A stretch of DNA of 51,928 bases from a virus: UHGV virus genome UHGV-0019417; one strand, given 5' to 3'. Position 1 is the stretch's first letter; each line of letters opens with the position of its first letter. The translations under genes and the position numbers were made by a program. The notes under the pieces are model-generated. The model was not told the DNA's origin, searched no databases, and saw nothing but the letters and a program-made list of their open reading frames with translations. Positions 38,180-47,082 of the stretch are shown piece after piece.

Positions 38180-38295
38180 AAAAATACAAAAAATCAAGAT
38201 TAATGCTATTTAACTGAATTATTACAAAAATTAACAGAAAAAATTTTATTGCTGAGTAAAAAATTATTATATTTGCAGTGTTAAAATAAAGCAAG
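38180..38295 (+). repeat. 115-bp direct repeat R1 (gene 3'-end fragment plus promoter), paired with R2 at 40010-40125
   Basis: AATACAAAAAATCAAGATTAATG...TTATTATATTTGCAG about 95% identical to R2; in R2 the first 24 nt are the real C-terminus (EYKNQD*) of the DUF3310 gene. Confidence 0.8.
38231..38275 (+). promoter_or_regulatory. promoter with upstream TTAACAG motif (-7 box TATATTTG at 38268-38275)
   Basis: TTAACAG at 38231-38237, exactly 30 nt upstream of the -7 box; same spacing at 40049/40086, 47154/47191, 49045/49082. Confidence 0.5.
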
Positions 38296-38319
38296 TAATA
38301 ATTTTAAAGTTAAGTAAAA

Positions 38320-39261
38320 ATGGAAAGAAAATATAAGCTAACTGATAAGCACATTCAATATAATAGGCACAAACTTTATCGAATACAGGCTCTTAAGTCT
38401 TTCGCTGATGTTAAAGAGGGAGATTTTGGTGGATACATAGAATCAGAGGATAATCTCTCGCATAATGGGACGTGTTGGGTCTATGATAATGCTGTGGTAT
38501 ACGACAATGCTAAAGTATTCGATAGTGCTAATGTATTTGGTAATGCTGTGGTATATGGCAATGCTGATGTACTTAATAATGCTGAGGTTTATAATACAGC
38601 TGAAGTATATGGCAATGCTAAAGTATATGGCAATGCTAAAGTGTATGGTTGTGCTGAGGTACATCGTAATGCTGAAGTGTATGGCTACGCCGAAGTGTAT
38701 GGTAATGCTGAAGTATATGATAATGCTGAAGTATGTGGCAATGCTAGAATCTGTGGTGATGCTAAGATATATGACTATGCTTGGGTCTATGGCAATGCTA
38801 AAATCAGTGGTGATGCTAATATCTATGATTATGCTAGAATCTGCGGTGATGCATATATTTTAGAAAATGCTAAAGCCTGTGACCACGTTAAGGTAAGTGG
38901 ATATGCTGAGATACGTGGCTATGCTAAGGTATACGGTATTGCTAAAGTACGTGGTGATGCTAAAGTATATGGTTATGCTGAAGTACATGGTAATGCTGAG
39001 GTATATGGCCATGCTGAAATGTACGGTAATGCTGCAGTCTGTGAAAATACTGATTACATAGTATTTAAAAACTGGTGGAGCAGCGGGCGATATTTCACAT
39101 GGACACGTAGTAATAATATGTGGAAGGTAGGATGTTTTTATGGTACAGGAGAAGAGCTAATAATGAAAGCATATAATGATAGTAAAGAAAGTGGAAGAGA
39201 ATACGAACGAGTTGTAAAATATGTTGAAAGCATACTTGCTGATGATAATTACGCAGAATAA
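38320..39261 (+). CDS. hexapeptide-repeat (predicted beta-helix) protein with C-terminal globular domain
   Basis: about 30 consecutive xVYGNA(E/K) hexads (aliphatic at i, small at i+4), encoded by 18-bp DNA tandem repeats 38480-39060; C-terminal 90 aa non-repetitive. Confidence 0.6.
   Translation: MERKYKLTDKHIQYNRHKLYRIQALKSFADVKEGDFGGYIESEDNLSHNGTCWVYDNAVVYDNAKVFDSANVFGNAVVYGNADVLNNAEVYNTAEVYGNAKVYGNAKVYGCAEVHRNAEVYGYAEVYGNAEVYDNAEVCGNARICGDAKIYDYAWVYGNAKISGDANIYDYARICGDAYILENAKACDHVKVSGYAEIRGYAKVYGIAKVRGDAKVYGYAEVHGNAEVYGHAEMYGNAAVCENTDYIVFKNWWSSGRYFTWTRSNNMWKVGCFYGTGEELIMKAYNDSKESGREYERVVKYVESILADDNYAE
38480..39060 (+). repeat. 18-bp coding tandem repeat array GTRTATGGYAATGCTRAR
   Basis: about 32 imperfect units in frame within the 38320..39261 CDS. 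Confidence 0.8.
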
Positions 39262-39263
39262 AT

Positions 39264-39641
39264 ATGATAAGAGAACAAGTAAAAGAGCTTCTGCCTATAA
39301 TAAAAGCTTACGCAGAAGGTAAAACAATACAATATTATTATGGAGATGCAGATTGGATAGATATTAATGGAGCTGTTGATTTTAGCGATAATCCTTCAAA
39401 ATATCGCATCAAGCCAGAATCAAAATATCGTCCATTTGCTAATAATGAAGAGTGTTGGAAAGAAATGCAAAAGCATCAACCTTTTGGATGGATAAAATCT
39501 AATGTGGATAAGCATCTTTATTCTATATTAGCAATCACAAACAATGGTTGTGTTCTTATAGATAGGAGTATAATTTCATTTCAACATTTTTATAAATACA
39601 ATACGTTTGCTGACGGTACGCCGTTTGGCTTTAAAGAATAA
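39264..39641 (+). CDS. hypothetical protein
   Basis: 125-aa ORF in the repeat-flanked cassette. Confidence 0.4.
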   Translation: MIREQVKELLPIIKAYAEGKTIQYYYGDADWIDINGAVDFSDNPSKYRIKPESKYRPFANNEECWKEMQKHQPFGWIKSNVDKHLYSILAITNNGCVLIDRSIISFQHFYKYNTFADGTPFGFKE

Positions 39642-39652
39642 AAACAATTACT

Positions 39653-40021
39653 ATGATTGAAGTATTAAACAAAGAAGTAGGAGGCGTGCATTATAAAAAC
39701 ATGAAAATGCAACCAATAGAATTGATTGTAAAAACAGATTTAAATTTTATACAAGGTTGCATAGTTAAATATATAACAAGATATAAAAATAAAAATGGTA
39801 AAGAAGATATTGAAAAAGCTATACACAATGCTCAATTAGCTATTGATTTACATTCAAATGGGCCAGATGATTGTATAAATGAAGGCTATGCGTATTGTAA
39901 AATAAATAAGCTTTCAAATTTACAAACAACAGTAATTATTTCTGCAATGCAAAATGATTATTACAAAGTAATAAAATATTGTTATAATATTTTAAAAAAT
40001 GAATACAAAAATCAAGATTAA
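39653..40021 (+). CDS. DUF3310-family protein
   Basis: 122 aa; N-terminal VHYKNMKMQPIELI matches the DUF3310 HY...QPIE signature common in phage nucleotide-metabolism regions. Confidence 0.45.
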   Translation: MIEVLNKEVGGVHYKNMKMQPIELIVKTDLNFIQGCIVKYITRYKNKNGKEDIEKAIHNAQLAIDLHSNGPDDCINEGYAYCKINKLSNLQTTVIISAMQNDYYKVIKYCYNILKNEYKNQD

Positions 40022-40048
40022 TGTTATCTAACTGAATTATTACAAAAA

Positions 40049-40093
40049 TTAACAGAAAAAATTTTATTGCTGAGTAAAAAATTATTATATTTG
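40049..40093 (+). promoter_or_regulatory. promoter with TTAACAG motif (-7 box at 40086-40093), inside repeat R2
   Basis: same architecture as 38231-38275. Confidence 0.5.
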
Positions 40094-40140
40094 CAGCATT
40101 AAAATAAAGCATTTATAACTTTTAAAATCAAAACAAAAAA

Positions 40141-41910
40141 ATGACTACAAACAACAATTATTTGCTAATTACACTAGGCCACAACTCATCTGCATTATTT
40201 ATTGATAACACAAACGGGTGTGACCAAAAAATTATTGGCTATGAACAAGAAAGACTTTCAAGAATTAAATCTGATAGCCAATTTCCATTTGATGCAATCA
40301 ATGAAATTAAAAAGCATGTACCATTTTCTAAATTAGAGGGATGCCAAATACGAATTTCTCACTGGTTTGATGACTTTCTTCCTTCTAGCAATAAGTATAT
40401 TGGTGAAAATGGATTCAGAATGCTAAAAGAAATTTCTACAAATATTGTAGATACTAATGGCAATGGCTTTACACACCATGACGCTCACGCTTATAGTGCA
40501 TATAATTTTATGCTAGAATCGAATACTGATTTGAAGTATTTTAACAAACCAATATATTGTATTGTAGCAGATGGTTTTGGTAATCAGCAAGAAGTTTTTT
40601 CAATTTACGCATTTACACCAAATATTGATACAAAACCAAAGTGTATTTTTAAATCCTACGGCTATTATCAATCTCTTGGTTTGATGTACCAATTTGCAAC
40701 ATCATTTGTTGGAATGAAAGAAAACCAAGATGAATATAAATTTTTAGGATATGAATCACATATCGCTGAAGTTTTAAGTGAGCAACAAATTGCAATGCTA
40801 ACATCTGTTGCTGAATTTGATTCTGACAAAATGATAAAAAGAATAAAAGAGTGCACAGAAAAAATTCAAATTTCAGATATTGATAAAAATATTGGAATCA
40901 GTATTTCTGATTTAGATAAAGCTCGAGATTTATTCAATCATTTATTCTCAAGAGTTTTTAAACATTTAGGCATTGATAAAGATAATAATATTCATATTTC
41001 AAGAGTTATAATGGGATATTATGTACAATGCATCATAGAATCTGTTATTACTAGCTTTATTGATGAATATGAAATGAATAATGTCTGCGTTGCTGGTGGA
41101 TGTTTCTACAATGTAAAATTAAACAATTCAATACTTGAAGCAATAGATGGTTATTTTAGTGCTATGCCTTTAGCAGGAGACCAAGGAGCAGCAATAGGAA
41201 TGTATGCAAAAGAAGTCGGATTTAATTCTAATATTTCTATTAAGTTTAATACGCTGAATTTTGGTAAAAGAAATTTCTATAATGCAGACAAACTAGTATC
41301 TAAAATAAACAATGCATATTATTTTACAAACAGTAAATATGCAGCTATGGCAATATCAGATTTTATTTCAAATGATTGTATTGTTAATATAATACATAAT
41401 GATATGGAATTTGGTCCAAGAGCATTGGGGCATACTTCAACTTTATTTTTGCCAACAGAAGAAAATGTGGCATTTGTAAATTATATAAATAACAGAAATG
41501 AAGTTATGCCATGTGCACCTATATGTACAATTGGAAGTGCTCATGATTTATTTGACATCTATGAATTATCAAGGACAGTCGGTTCTGATAGATTTATGAT
41601 TTGTACACATAAGTATATGAGAAAATATAATAAGCTTTATGGTGGTGTAATGCATAAAAAACCTTTGATTAAAGATTATACTGGAAGACCACAAATTGTA
41701 ACAAAAAATGAAAATTTCTTATATACAATTCTAGAATCTGTTAAAAAAGATACAGGCTATACATGCTTAGTTAATACTAGTTTTAATGTACATGGCCAAC
41801 CTATTGTATTTGATATACACAGTATTATTCAGAATTTTATGTATCAGCAAGCACAAACTTATACGCATAAATTCAATAAAAAAGTTGTATTGGTAATTAT
41901 TAATGATTAA
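40141..41910 (+). CDS. carbamoyltransferase, NodU/CmcH/TobZ family (Kae1-like N-domain plus YrdC-like C-domain)
   Basis: 589 aa; N-terminus LLITLGHNSSALFID....IIGYEQERLSRIKSDSQFPFDAI matches the carbamoyltransferase N-terminal signature (LG.HDS..AL...G....A..EER..R.K.D..FP). Confidence 0.65.
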   Translation: MTTNNNYLLITLGHNSSALFIDNTNGCDQKIIGYEQERLSRIKSDSQFPFDAINEIKKHVPFSKLEGCQIRISHWFDDFLPSSNKYIGENGFRMLKEISTNIVDTNGNGFTHHDAHAYSAYNFMLESNTDLKYFNKPIYCIVADGFGNQQEVFSIYAFTPNIDTKPKCIFKSYGYYQSLGLMYQFATSFVGMKENQDEYKFLGYESHIAEVLSEQQIAMLTSVAEFDSDKMIKRIKECTEKIQISDIDKNIGISISDLDKARDLFNHLFSRVFKHLGIDKDNNIHISRVIMGYYVQCIIESVITSFIDEYEMNNVCVAGGCFYNVKLNNSILEAIDGYFSAMPLAGDQGAAIGMYAKEVGFNSNISIKFNTLNFGKRNFYNADKLVSKINNAYYFTNSKYAAMAISDFISNDCIVNIIHNDMEFGPRALGHTSTLFLPTEENVAFVNYINNRNEVMPCAPICTIGSAHDLFDIYELSRTVGSDRFMICTHKYMRKYNKLYGGVMHKKPLIKDYTGRPQIVTKNENFLYTILESVKKDTGYTCLVNTSFNVHGQPIVFDIHSIIQNFMYQQAQTYTHKFNKKVVLVIIND

Positions 41911-41916
41911 GCAAAA

Positions 41917-42576
41917 ATGAAAAAGCTATATACTCCATACATTGTAGCTTTTTCTGGTGGTTGTTTTTCTGGTAAAACAACCACCATTAAAAAAATTGCT
42001 GAAAAATTAAGGCAACTTGGCTATACTGTATATGTTTTAAATGAAAATATAAGGGACAAAAATGTATTTAGAAAAGCAGGTAATATAGATAATATTAGGC
42101 AAGACCCGAATTCTTATTTGCTTTTACAAAATGAAATAATAAGAGAAAAAATAGAAAATGAAAATGAAATATTGGGAGTTAAATACACTACTAAAACTAT
42201 AATTTTAGTTGATAGGGCTTTAACTGATTCATTGTTTTATTTATCATGCTATGTTGACAAAGTTAATCTAACACTAGAAAATAAAAAAACATTTAAGCAT
42301 CTGTTTAGTTATATTTATATGATTCTTTTACTCAGTAAAAGGTATGATAAAGTATTAGAATTTAGGCCTATAAAAATTGAAAATATCGATAAATACAGGC
42401 CTAAAGATTTAGAGCATTTGCACTTTTTTGAGTATGAAATGATTCATTGCCTTAACAATAATTTTTTTGATAAAAGCATTATGGAAAAAAATATAAACAT
42501 AAAGCAAGAAAGCTGTATAGATAATTTAGTAAATAATATAATAAGAGATTATGCAATTAAACAACGAACAAATTAA
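41917..42576 (+). CDS. P-loop kinase, deoxynucleotide/deoxynucleoside-kinase-like; candidate modified-dNMP or 5-hmdU DNA kinase
   Basis: Walker A AFSGGCFSGKTTT; DRA lid-like motif (VDRALTD). Confidence 0.5.
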   Translation: MKKLYTPYIVAFSGGCFSGKTTTIKKIAEKLRQLGYTVYVLNENIRDKNVFRKAGNIDNIRQDPNSYLLLQNEIIREKIENENEILGVKYTTKTIILVDRALTDSLFYLSCYVDKVNLTLENKKTFKHLFSYIYMILLLSKRYDKVLEFRPIKIENIDKYRPKDLEHLHFFEYEMIHCLNNNFFDKSIMEKNINIKQESCIDNLVNNIIRDYAIKQRTN

Positions 42577-43333
42577 AAATTTAATAACATCTCCACATTG
42601 GCAAAAAATATTTAAGCAATTATATAATTCAAAAAATTCAGAAAATGATAGCTGTTTTGAGTTAATCGGATTTCAATATTCATTTAACCCACGAAAAAAT
42701 TATATAATATCAAGAAATAAATTAGTTTTTGATATAGAGAAAGCTGCAAAAATGTATTATTGGTATAAAAATAAAAACAGTAGTGATAAATCAATAATTG
42801 ATAGCTTTCCTGAATATGAAAATTGTTTTTATGGAGGAAAATTTTTAAGTAAACAAAAATGCAATTCTAATTATGGAATATATGCATATAATAAAAATGG
42901 ATTAGATTTTTGTATTGAAAAGTTAAAAGCAAATTATAAAACAAGGCAAGCTTGCTTTTGTATAAATAATAATAAAGCAATGTCTTCACCAGATAAACTT
43001 TGTACAAATACAATTCATTTTAATATAAAAAATGAGAGACTGATTATGGTTATACAAATGAGGTCATCAAATTTTTTAACTTTACTTCCTTATGATATTT
43101 TTAACTTTACAATTTTTTATGCTTATGTGTATGAAGCTTTAAGAGATTATTATTTTAATTTGAAAACGTGCGATATTGTAATGCAAATAAACTCATTGCA
43201 CTGTTATACAAAAGATTTAATAAAAGCTATTGGTATAAAAGATTTATCTTATCCAAATAATCTTTTAAGCTTTTCTGTTAAAAAAATAATAAATAATTTT
43301 GAAAATAATTTAAAAAGATGCAACGAACAATGA
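42551..43333 (+). CDS. divergent ThyA-family protein (thymidylate synthase / pyrimidine hydroxymethylase fold)
   Basis: IQMRSSNFLTLLPYDIFNFTIFYA aligns to ThyA QRSxDxFLGxPFNIASYALL; Cys in QACFC aligns to PCH; the residue at the ThyA Asn177 position is not Asn/Asp. Confidence 0.5.
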   Translation: MQLNNEQIKNLITSPHWQKIFKQLYNSKNSENDSCFELIGFQYSFNPRKNYIISRNKLVFDIEKAAKMYYWYKNKNSSDKSIIDSFPEYENCFYGGKFLSKQKCNSNYGIYAYNKNGLDFCIEKLKANYKTRQACFCINNNKAMSSPDKLCTNTIHFNIKNERLIMVIQMRSSNFLTLLPYDIFNFTIFYAYVYEALRDYYFNLKTCDIVMQINSLHCYTKDLIKAIGIKDLSYPNNLLSFSVKKIINNFENNLKRCNEQ

Positions 43334-43839
43334 CACCAGGAAAATTTAGATTTACAAAAGTACGTGATGTAAAATCACCAGTTAGAGGTACAAACTTATC
43401 TGCTGGTATTGATTTTTTTGTACCAAAAGATTTTAAGCCATTTGTTCTTTTGCCACATAAGGATGTGTTAATCCCGTCTGGTATTAAAGCCTCATTTGAA
43501 AAAGTTTGTATGCTAATGGCAGCAGAAAAATCAGGCGTAACAAGCTCAGCTGAAGCAAAAGCTATTTCTAATATGGATGCTAATAATTCATACCAATCAC
43601 CTACAGTTTTAGGAGCAAAGATTGTTGATGCAGATTATCAAGGAGAAATACACATCCACATTATAAATGTAGGTAATAAACCTATTCTTATTGAGCCAGA
43701 CAAGAAAATAGCTCAGTTTATTTTAGTGCCTGTTTTATATTGCGAAATTGAAGAGATAGATTCAGAAAAAGAATTGTTCGCAAATGAATGCTCTTCTCGT
43801 GGTAACAAAGGTTTTGGTAAAGGAACTGGTGAAAATTAA
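43318..43839 (+). CDS. dut: dUTPase (trimeric dUTPase/dCTP-deaminase superfamily)
   Basis: motif I SAGIDF, motif III GAKIVDADYQGE, motif IV IAQFILVPV. Confidence 0.8.
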   Translation: MQRTMTPGKFRFTKVRDVKSPVRGTNLSAGIDFFVPKDFKPFVLLPHKDVLIPSGIKASFEKVCMLMAAEKSGVTSSAEAKAISNMDANNSYQSPTVLGAKIVDADYQGEIHIHIINVGNKPILIEPDKKIAQFILVPVLYCEIEEIDSEKELFANECSSRGNKGFGKGTGEN

Positions 43840-43844
43840 ATGAT

Positions 43845-44297
43845 ATGACAATTGGAAAAGCTTTAGAGTTAGTAGACACTCCTGTATTTTTGCAGAATGT
43901 TGAAAAATACTTAAATAAATGGCTATATTTAGCTAAATTGCCCAATGGGCCGTTAGGAAGATGGCTTTGTGAATATCAGCAAATGGAAGATAAAGGATTA
44001 TTTAAGCCTGCTATCTTTAAAGCTTTTTATAAATTAGAATTGCAAAGCAAGTTAAATATAGGCTTTATAAAAAGTTGTCCAGTTCATTATGTTGGTGTAT
44101 ATGCTATGGATGATACATATTTATATTATAGCTTACGAGAGCATAGTTATAAAATATGTGTTATTACAGGAGAAATAGCATGTGATGATGATGGTGATGA
44201 TTTAATAGGTTTATCTTATGATGAAGCTAAAGAAATTTGTGATTCTATGAATATTGAAGCTGAAGAAAAATTATTTAAAATAATGGTAAATGATTAG
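43845..44297 (+). CDS. hypothetical protein
   Basis: 150-aa ORF inside the nucleotide-metabolism cluster; acidic C-terminus. Confidence 0.4.
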   Translation: MTIGKALELVDTPVFLQNVEKYLNKWLYLAKLPNGPLGRWLCEYQQMEDKGLFKPAIFKAFYKLELQSKLNIGFIKSCPVHYVGVYAMDDTYLYYSLREHSYKICVITGEIACDDDGDDLIGLSYDEAKEICDSMNIEAEEKLFKIMVND

Positions 44298-44949
44298 TCT
44301 AATATGTAAAAATGCTACAGAAGCTTTTGAGATATTGTATGAAACAATTTCAAGAGTTGGCCAATCTACTAATATAGATACAAAAGCTATTTATAATGTA
44401 AGTATTGAAATACAAAATCCAACCGATAGAAATATAACAACACATTGGAGAAAATGGAGTAAAAAATATGCTGAAAGAGAATGGAACTGGTATTTATCAG
44501 CAAATCCTTCTGTACAAGAAATTAAAAAGTTTGCTCCTATGTGGGATAAAATGCACAGCGGAAATAATATTGTAAATTCAAATTATGGCTTCCAATGGTC
44601 AAGAAACAAGCAACTACAAAAAGTAATTGAACAACTACAAAAAAATCCTAATTCTCGTCAAGCATGGATTACTATCTACGATGGAAAAGAAAAAGATAAT
44701 TATGATTTTGATACACCTTGCACATTAGCTGTAGGATTTGATATAAAGCCAAATAGCGAATCAGTTGATATGACAGTGTGTATGAGGTCAAATGATTTAA
44801 TATATGGATTTTGTAATGACCAGTATTGTTTTAGTAAATTACAAGAATATGTAGCTCATCTTTTAAACAGGCCAGTTGGAACATATACTCATTTTGCACA
44901 TGACATGCATATTTATAATAATAAACTTAACTTAAAAAATTATGAATAA
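44290..44949 (+). CDS. ThyA-family enzyme, uracil-type (thymidylate synthase or dUMP hydroxymethylase)
   Basis: YGFQWS, NPNSRQAWITIY, catalytic DTPCTL (PCH equivalent), MRSNDLIYGFCNDQYCF (QRSxD..G.PFN), HIYNN with Asn at the ThyA N177 position; short at 219 aa. Confidence 0.75.
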   Translation: MISLICKNATEAFEILYETISRVGQSTNIDTKAIYNVSIEIQNPTDRNITTHWRKWSKKYAEREWNWYLSANPSVQEIKKFAPMWDKMHSGNNIVNSNYGFQWSRNKQLQKVIEQLQKNPNSRQAWITIYDGKEKDNYDFDTPCTLAVGFDIKPNSESVDMTVCMRSNDLIYGFCNDQYCFSKLQEYVAHLLNRPVGTYTHFAHDMHIYNNKLNLKNYE

Positions 44950-45148
44950 AATAACAAACTCAACACTAGTATTTTGTCTTTGGACTTTAGTAGGTATTAT
45001 TTATTTTCCAATATTTCTTTTAGCATGGTTGCTAAAAATAGTAGCTAGAATATTATTAGCAATTGCTTATTTTGGAATGTTAAACAAACAAATGGGAAAA
45101 ATGGTATTTAAATCAATTTTCTTTAATCCTTATGAACGAACTTTCTGA
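44942..45148 (+). CDS. small membrane protein
   Basis: 68 aa, two hydrophobic helices. Confidence 0.35.
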   Translation: MNKITNSTLVFCLWTLVGIIYFPIFLLAWLLKIVARILLAIAYFGMLNKQMGKMVFKSIFFNPYERTF

Positions 45149-45881
45149 TAAAGAATTAAGTAGCTTCCTGCAAGAATTAAACAAGCAGGAAGCTTCTGAA
45201 CTTCCACAAGATTTGTTAAATGATGATGCTTGGGGATATAGTAGACAAGAAAATAAAACAGGCTTTGTAATATCTACAAAAGCTGAATTAAAAGAAAAAG
45301 CAAAAAAATTACAAAAACAAAAAACTGATTATAATTATAAAAAGAAACAACGTAAACAACAAATAATAAATGAAGCTATAAATTCTTTTGATATAGATTT
45401 ACATGCATTACTGCCTATTCAAGAAAAGAAAAAACTAATAAGCTTATTAACAAATAAGTATACCGAATTGATGGTTAAGCAAGAGCAATATATCAACAAT
45501 AGAGTTAATATGTATTTGCAAAAGCTTATTCCAAACGATGTAATGCGAATGTGGTCAAAAGATAAAGATTTAATGGTACCACTAATTGAGTTTGAGTATA
45601 TAGCTTCAGAAGAATTTGGTAATGGGCTACATTTCAAAATATCAGCTGATGTTCCAATGTATTTTAAGCAAGAAGATTGCATGAATTTACTCAATGAGCA
45701 TTTTGGTGATAGGTTATGGAATATTGATAAAGCTGTAGCTTTCTTTTATAAGTATAAGAATACAAGAACACAACAAGAAGTTAAAATAGCTCAAACCCTT
45801 GTTAGTATAAATACATATTATGATTTATTAAAGAAAAAGCCTTTTTGGTTTGAATTATTACAAAACAATATAGAAAAATAG
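45132..45881 (+). CDS. hypothetical protein
   Basis: 249-aa ORF. Confidence 0.4.
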   Translation: MNELSDKELSSFLQELNKQEASELPQDLLNDDAWGYSRQENKTGFVISTKAELKEKAKKLQKQKTDYNYKKKQRKQQIINEAINSFDIDLHALLPIQEKKKLISLLTNKYTELMVKQEQYINNRVNMYLQKLIPNDVMRMWSKDKDLMVPLIEFEYIASEEFGNGLHFKISADVPMYFKQEDCMNLLNEHFGDRLWNIDKAVAFFYKYKNTRTQQEVKIAQTLVSINTYYDLLKKKPFWFELLQNNIEK

Positions 45882-45884
45882 AAT

Positions 45885-46535
45885 ATGTTAGAAATTTCAA
45901 ATATTAAAGTTTACGATTTAAAAGAATCAATAATTGCTTGTAGAAATGCTATGAGACTAGATATGCCTTCGTACTCTGATGAAGAGTTTAATAAAGGTTT
46001 AGAAAGAGCAAAGAAACTATGCAAATCTGGTAGTGGGCATGCTAATTTTAGAAAAGGTATTCGTGTATCTTTTGATATGAAATATACACAGTATATAACA
46101 AAACAGTTTCAACGTTATCATTTTTTTGATTATGTATCAAGCAGTAGCTTAATGCATAGAATTACAAAAATGGACTTTACAAAATGCTGTAATAAATATG
46201 TCGATGATAGGGTTATTGCAATCATGCAAGAACTAATTTCTGATTATAATATTGGAAAAGAAAAATCAGAAATTATAATAAAGCAAAATTTAACAAAATA
46301 TACTGAAAAAGAAATTGAAAGCATTAAAAATCAGCTTTATACTTCTTGGATGAAAATTATATCTAATTGTCCTATGGGGTGTGAATTATTTACTAGAGTT
46401 TCAACAAACTATGAACAATTAGCTACTATATATAAACAACGTAAAAATCATAAATTAAAAGAAGATTGGGGAACATTTATTAAATTTATAGACAATTTAC
46501 CATACTCAGATGAATTGATAAAATGTACAAACTAG
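45885..46535 (+). CDS. hypothetical protein, possibly ThyX-like (flavin-dependent thymidylate synthase fold), weak
   Basis: GHANF..GIRVSF...TQYITKQFQRY loosely resembles ThyX HASF..GISRV...HQLVRHR...SQRY, but the RHR motif is not conserved. Confidence 0.25.
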   Translation: MLEISNIKVYDLKESIIACRNAMRLDMPSYSDEEFNKGLERAKKLCKSGSGHANFRKGIRVSFDMKYTQYITKQFQRYHFFDYVSSSSLMHRITKMDFTKCCNKYVDDRVIAIMQELISDYNIGKEKSEIIIKQNLTKYTEKEIESIKNQLYTSWMKIISNCPMGCELFTRVSTNYEQLATIYKQRKNHKLKEDWGTFIKFIDNLPYSDELIKCTN

Positions 46536-46966
46536 ATAAATCAAAAGCCGTAGAATTGGATATTTCAAATGATGCTTTTTATTTATTTACAGAAGATGAT
46601 GAACCGATAGATGAATCATGTTATGATGAAATAAATAATTTATATGCAAAATATGAATCATTTGAAATAGAAAAAATAAAAGAATTAAATAACGGCTTAA
46701 TTAAAGTACTGTTAATTCCTTATGTAGAAACAAATCAATCATGGGATTATTTTATTTCTATGTTTAATAACTGGATATTAAATATAAAAATATTATCTGA
46801 AACAGAAGTTTTAATACAGAGTGAACAAGTAAGTACAGGCAAAATCAGTTATTGTGTAAAAGGGCAAATTATAGAATTACATTGTAAAAAATGGATTAAA
46901 TATAAAATTACAGAAACACAAAAAGTTTATAACCAAATACCTTTATTTAAAGCCAATAAATATTAA
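46523..46966 (+). CDS. hypothetical protein
   Basis: 147-aa ORF, last gene before the bidirectional terminator. Confidence 0.4.
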   Translation: MYKLDKSKAVELDISNDAFYLFTEDDEPIDESCYDEINNLYAKYESFEIEKIKELNNGLIKVLLIPYVETNQSWDYFISMFNNWILNIKILSETEVLIQSEQVSTGKISYCVKGQIIELHCKKWIKYKITETQKVYNQIPLFKANKY

Positions 46967-47040
46967 GATTATTTTTGGAATTATTTTTAATTCTGTGATG
47001 ATTTTATTATAAAAACGTATTATAAATCGCCTTTATATTT

Positions 47041-47082
47041 AAAACGTCTCCAGAGCGCTCAGAATAGTCCTGGAGACGTTTT
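47041..47082. terminator. bidirectional intrinsic terminator
   Basis: AAAACGTCTCCAG ... CTGGAGACGTTTT: 9-bp stem flanked by an A-run and a T-run. Confidence 0.7.

Noticed and set aside
38465-38863. ORF-track entries 38465..38863 (+) and 38443..38664 (-) with bizarre M/L/Y/I-rich translations
   Set aside because: They are alternative-frame read-throughs of the 18-bp tandem repeat array inside the hexapeptide-repeat gene 38320..39261; periodic DNA gives long ORFs in all frames.
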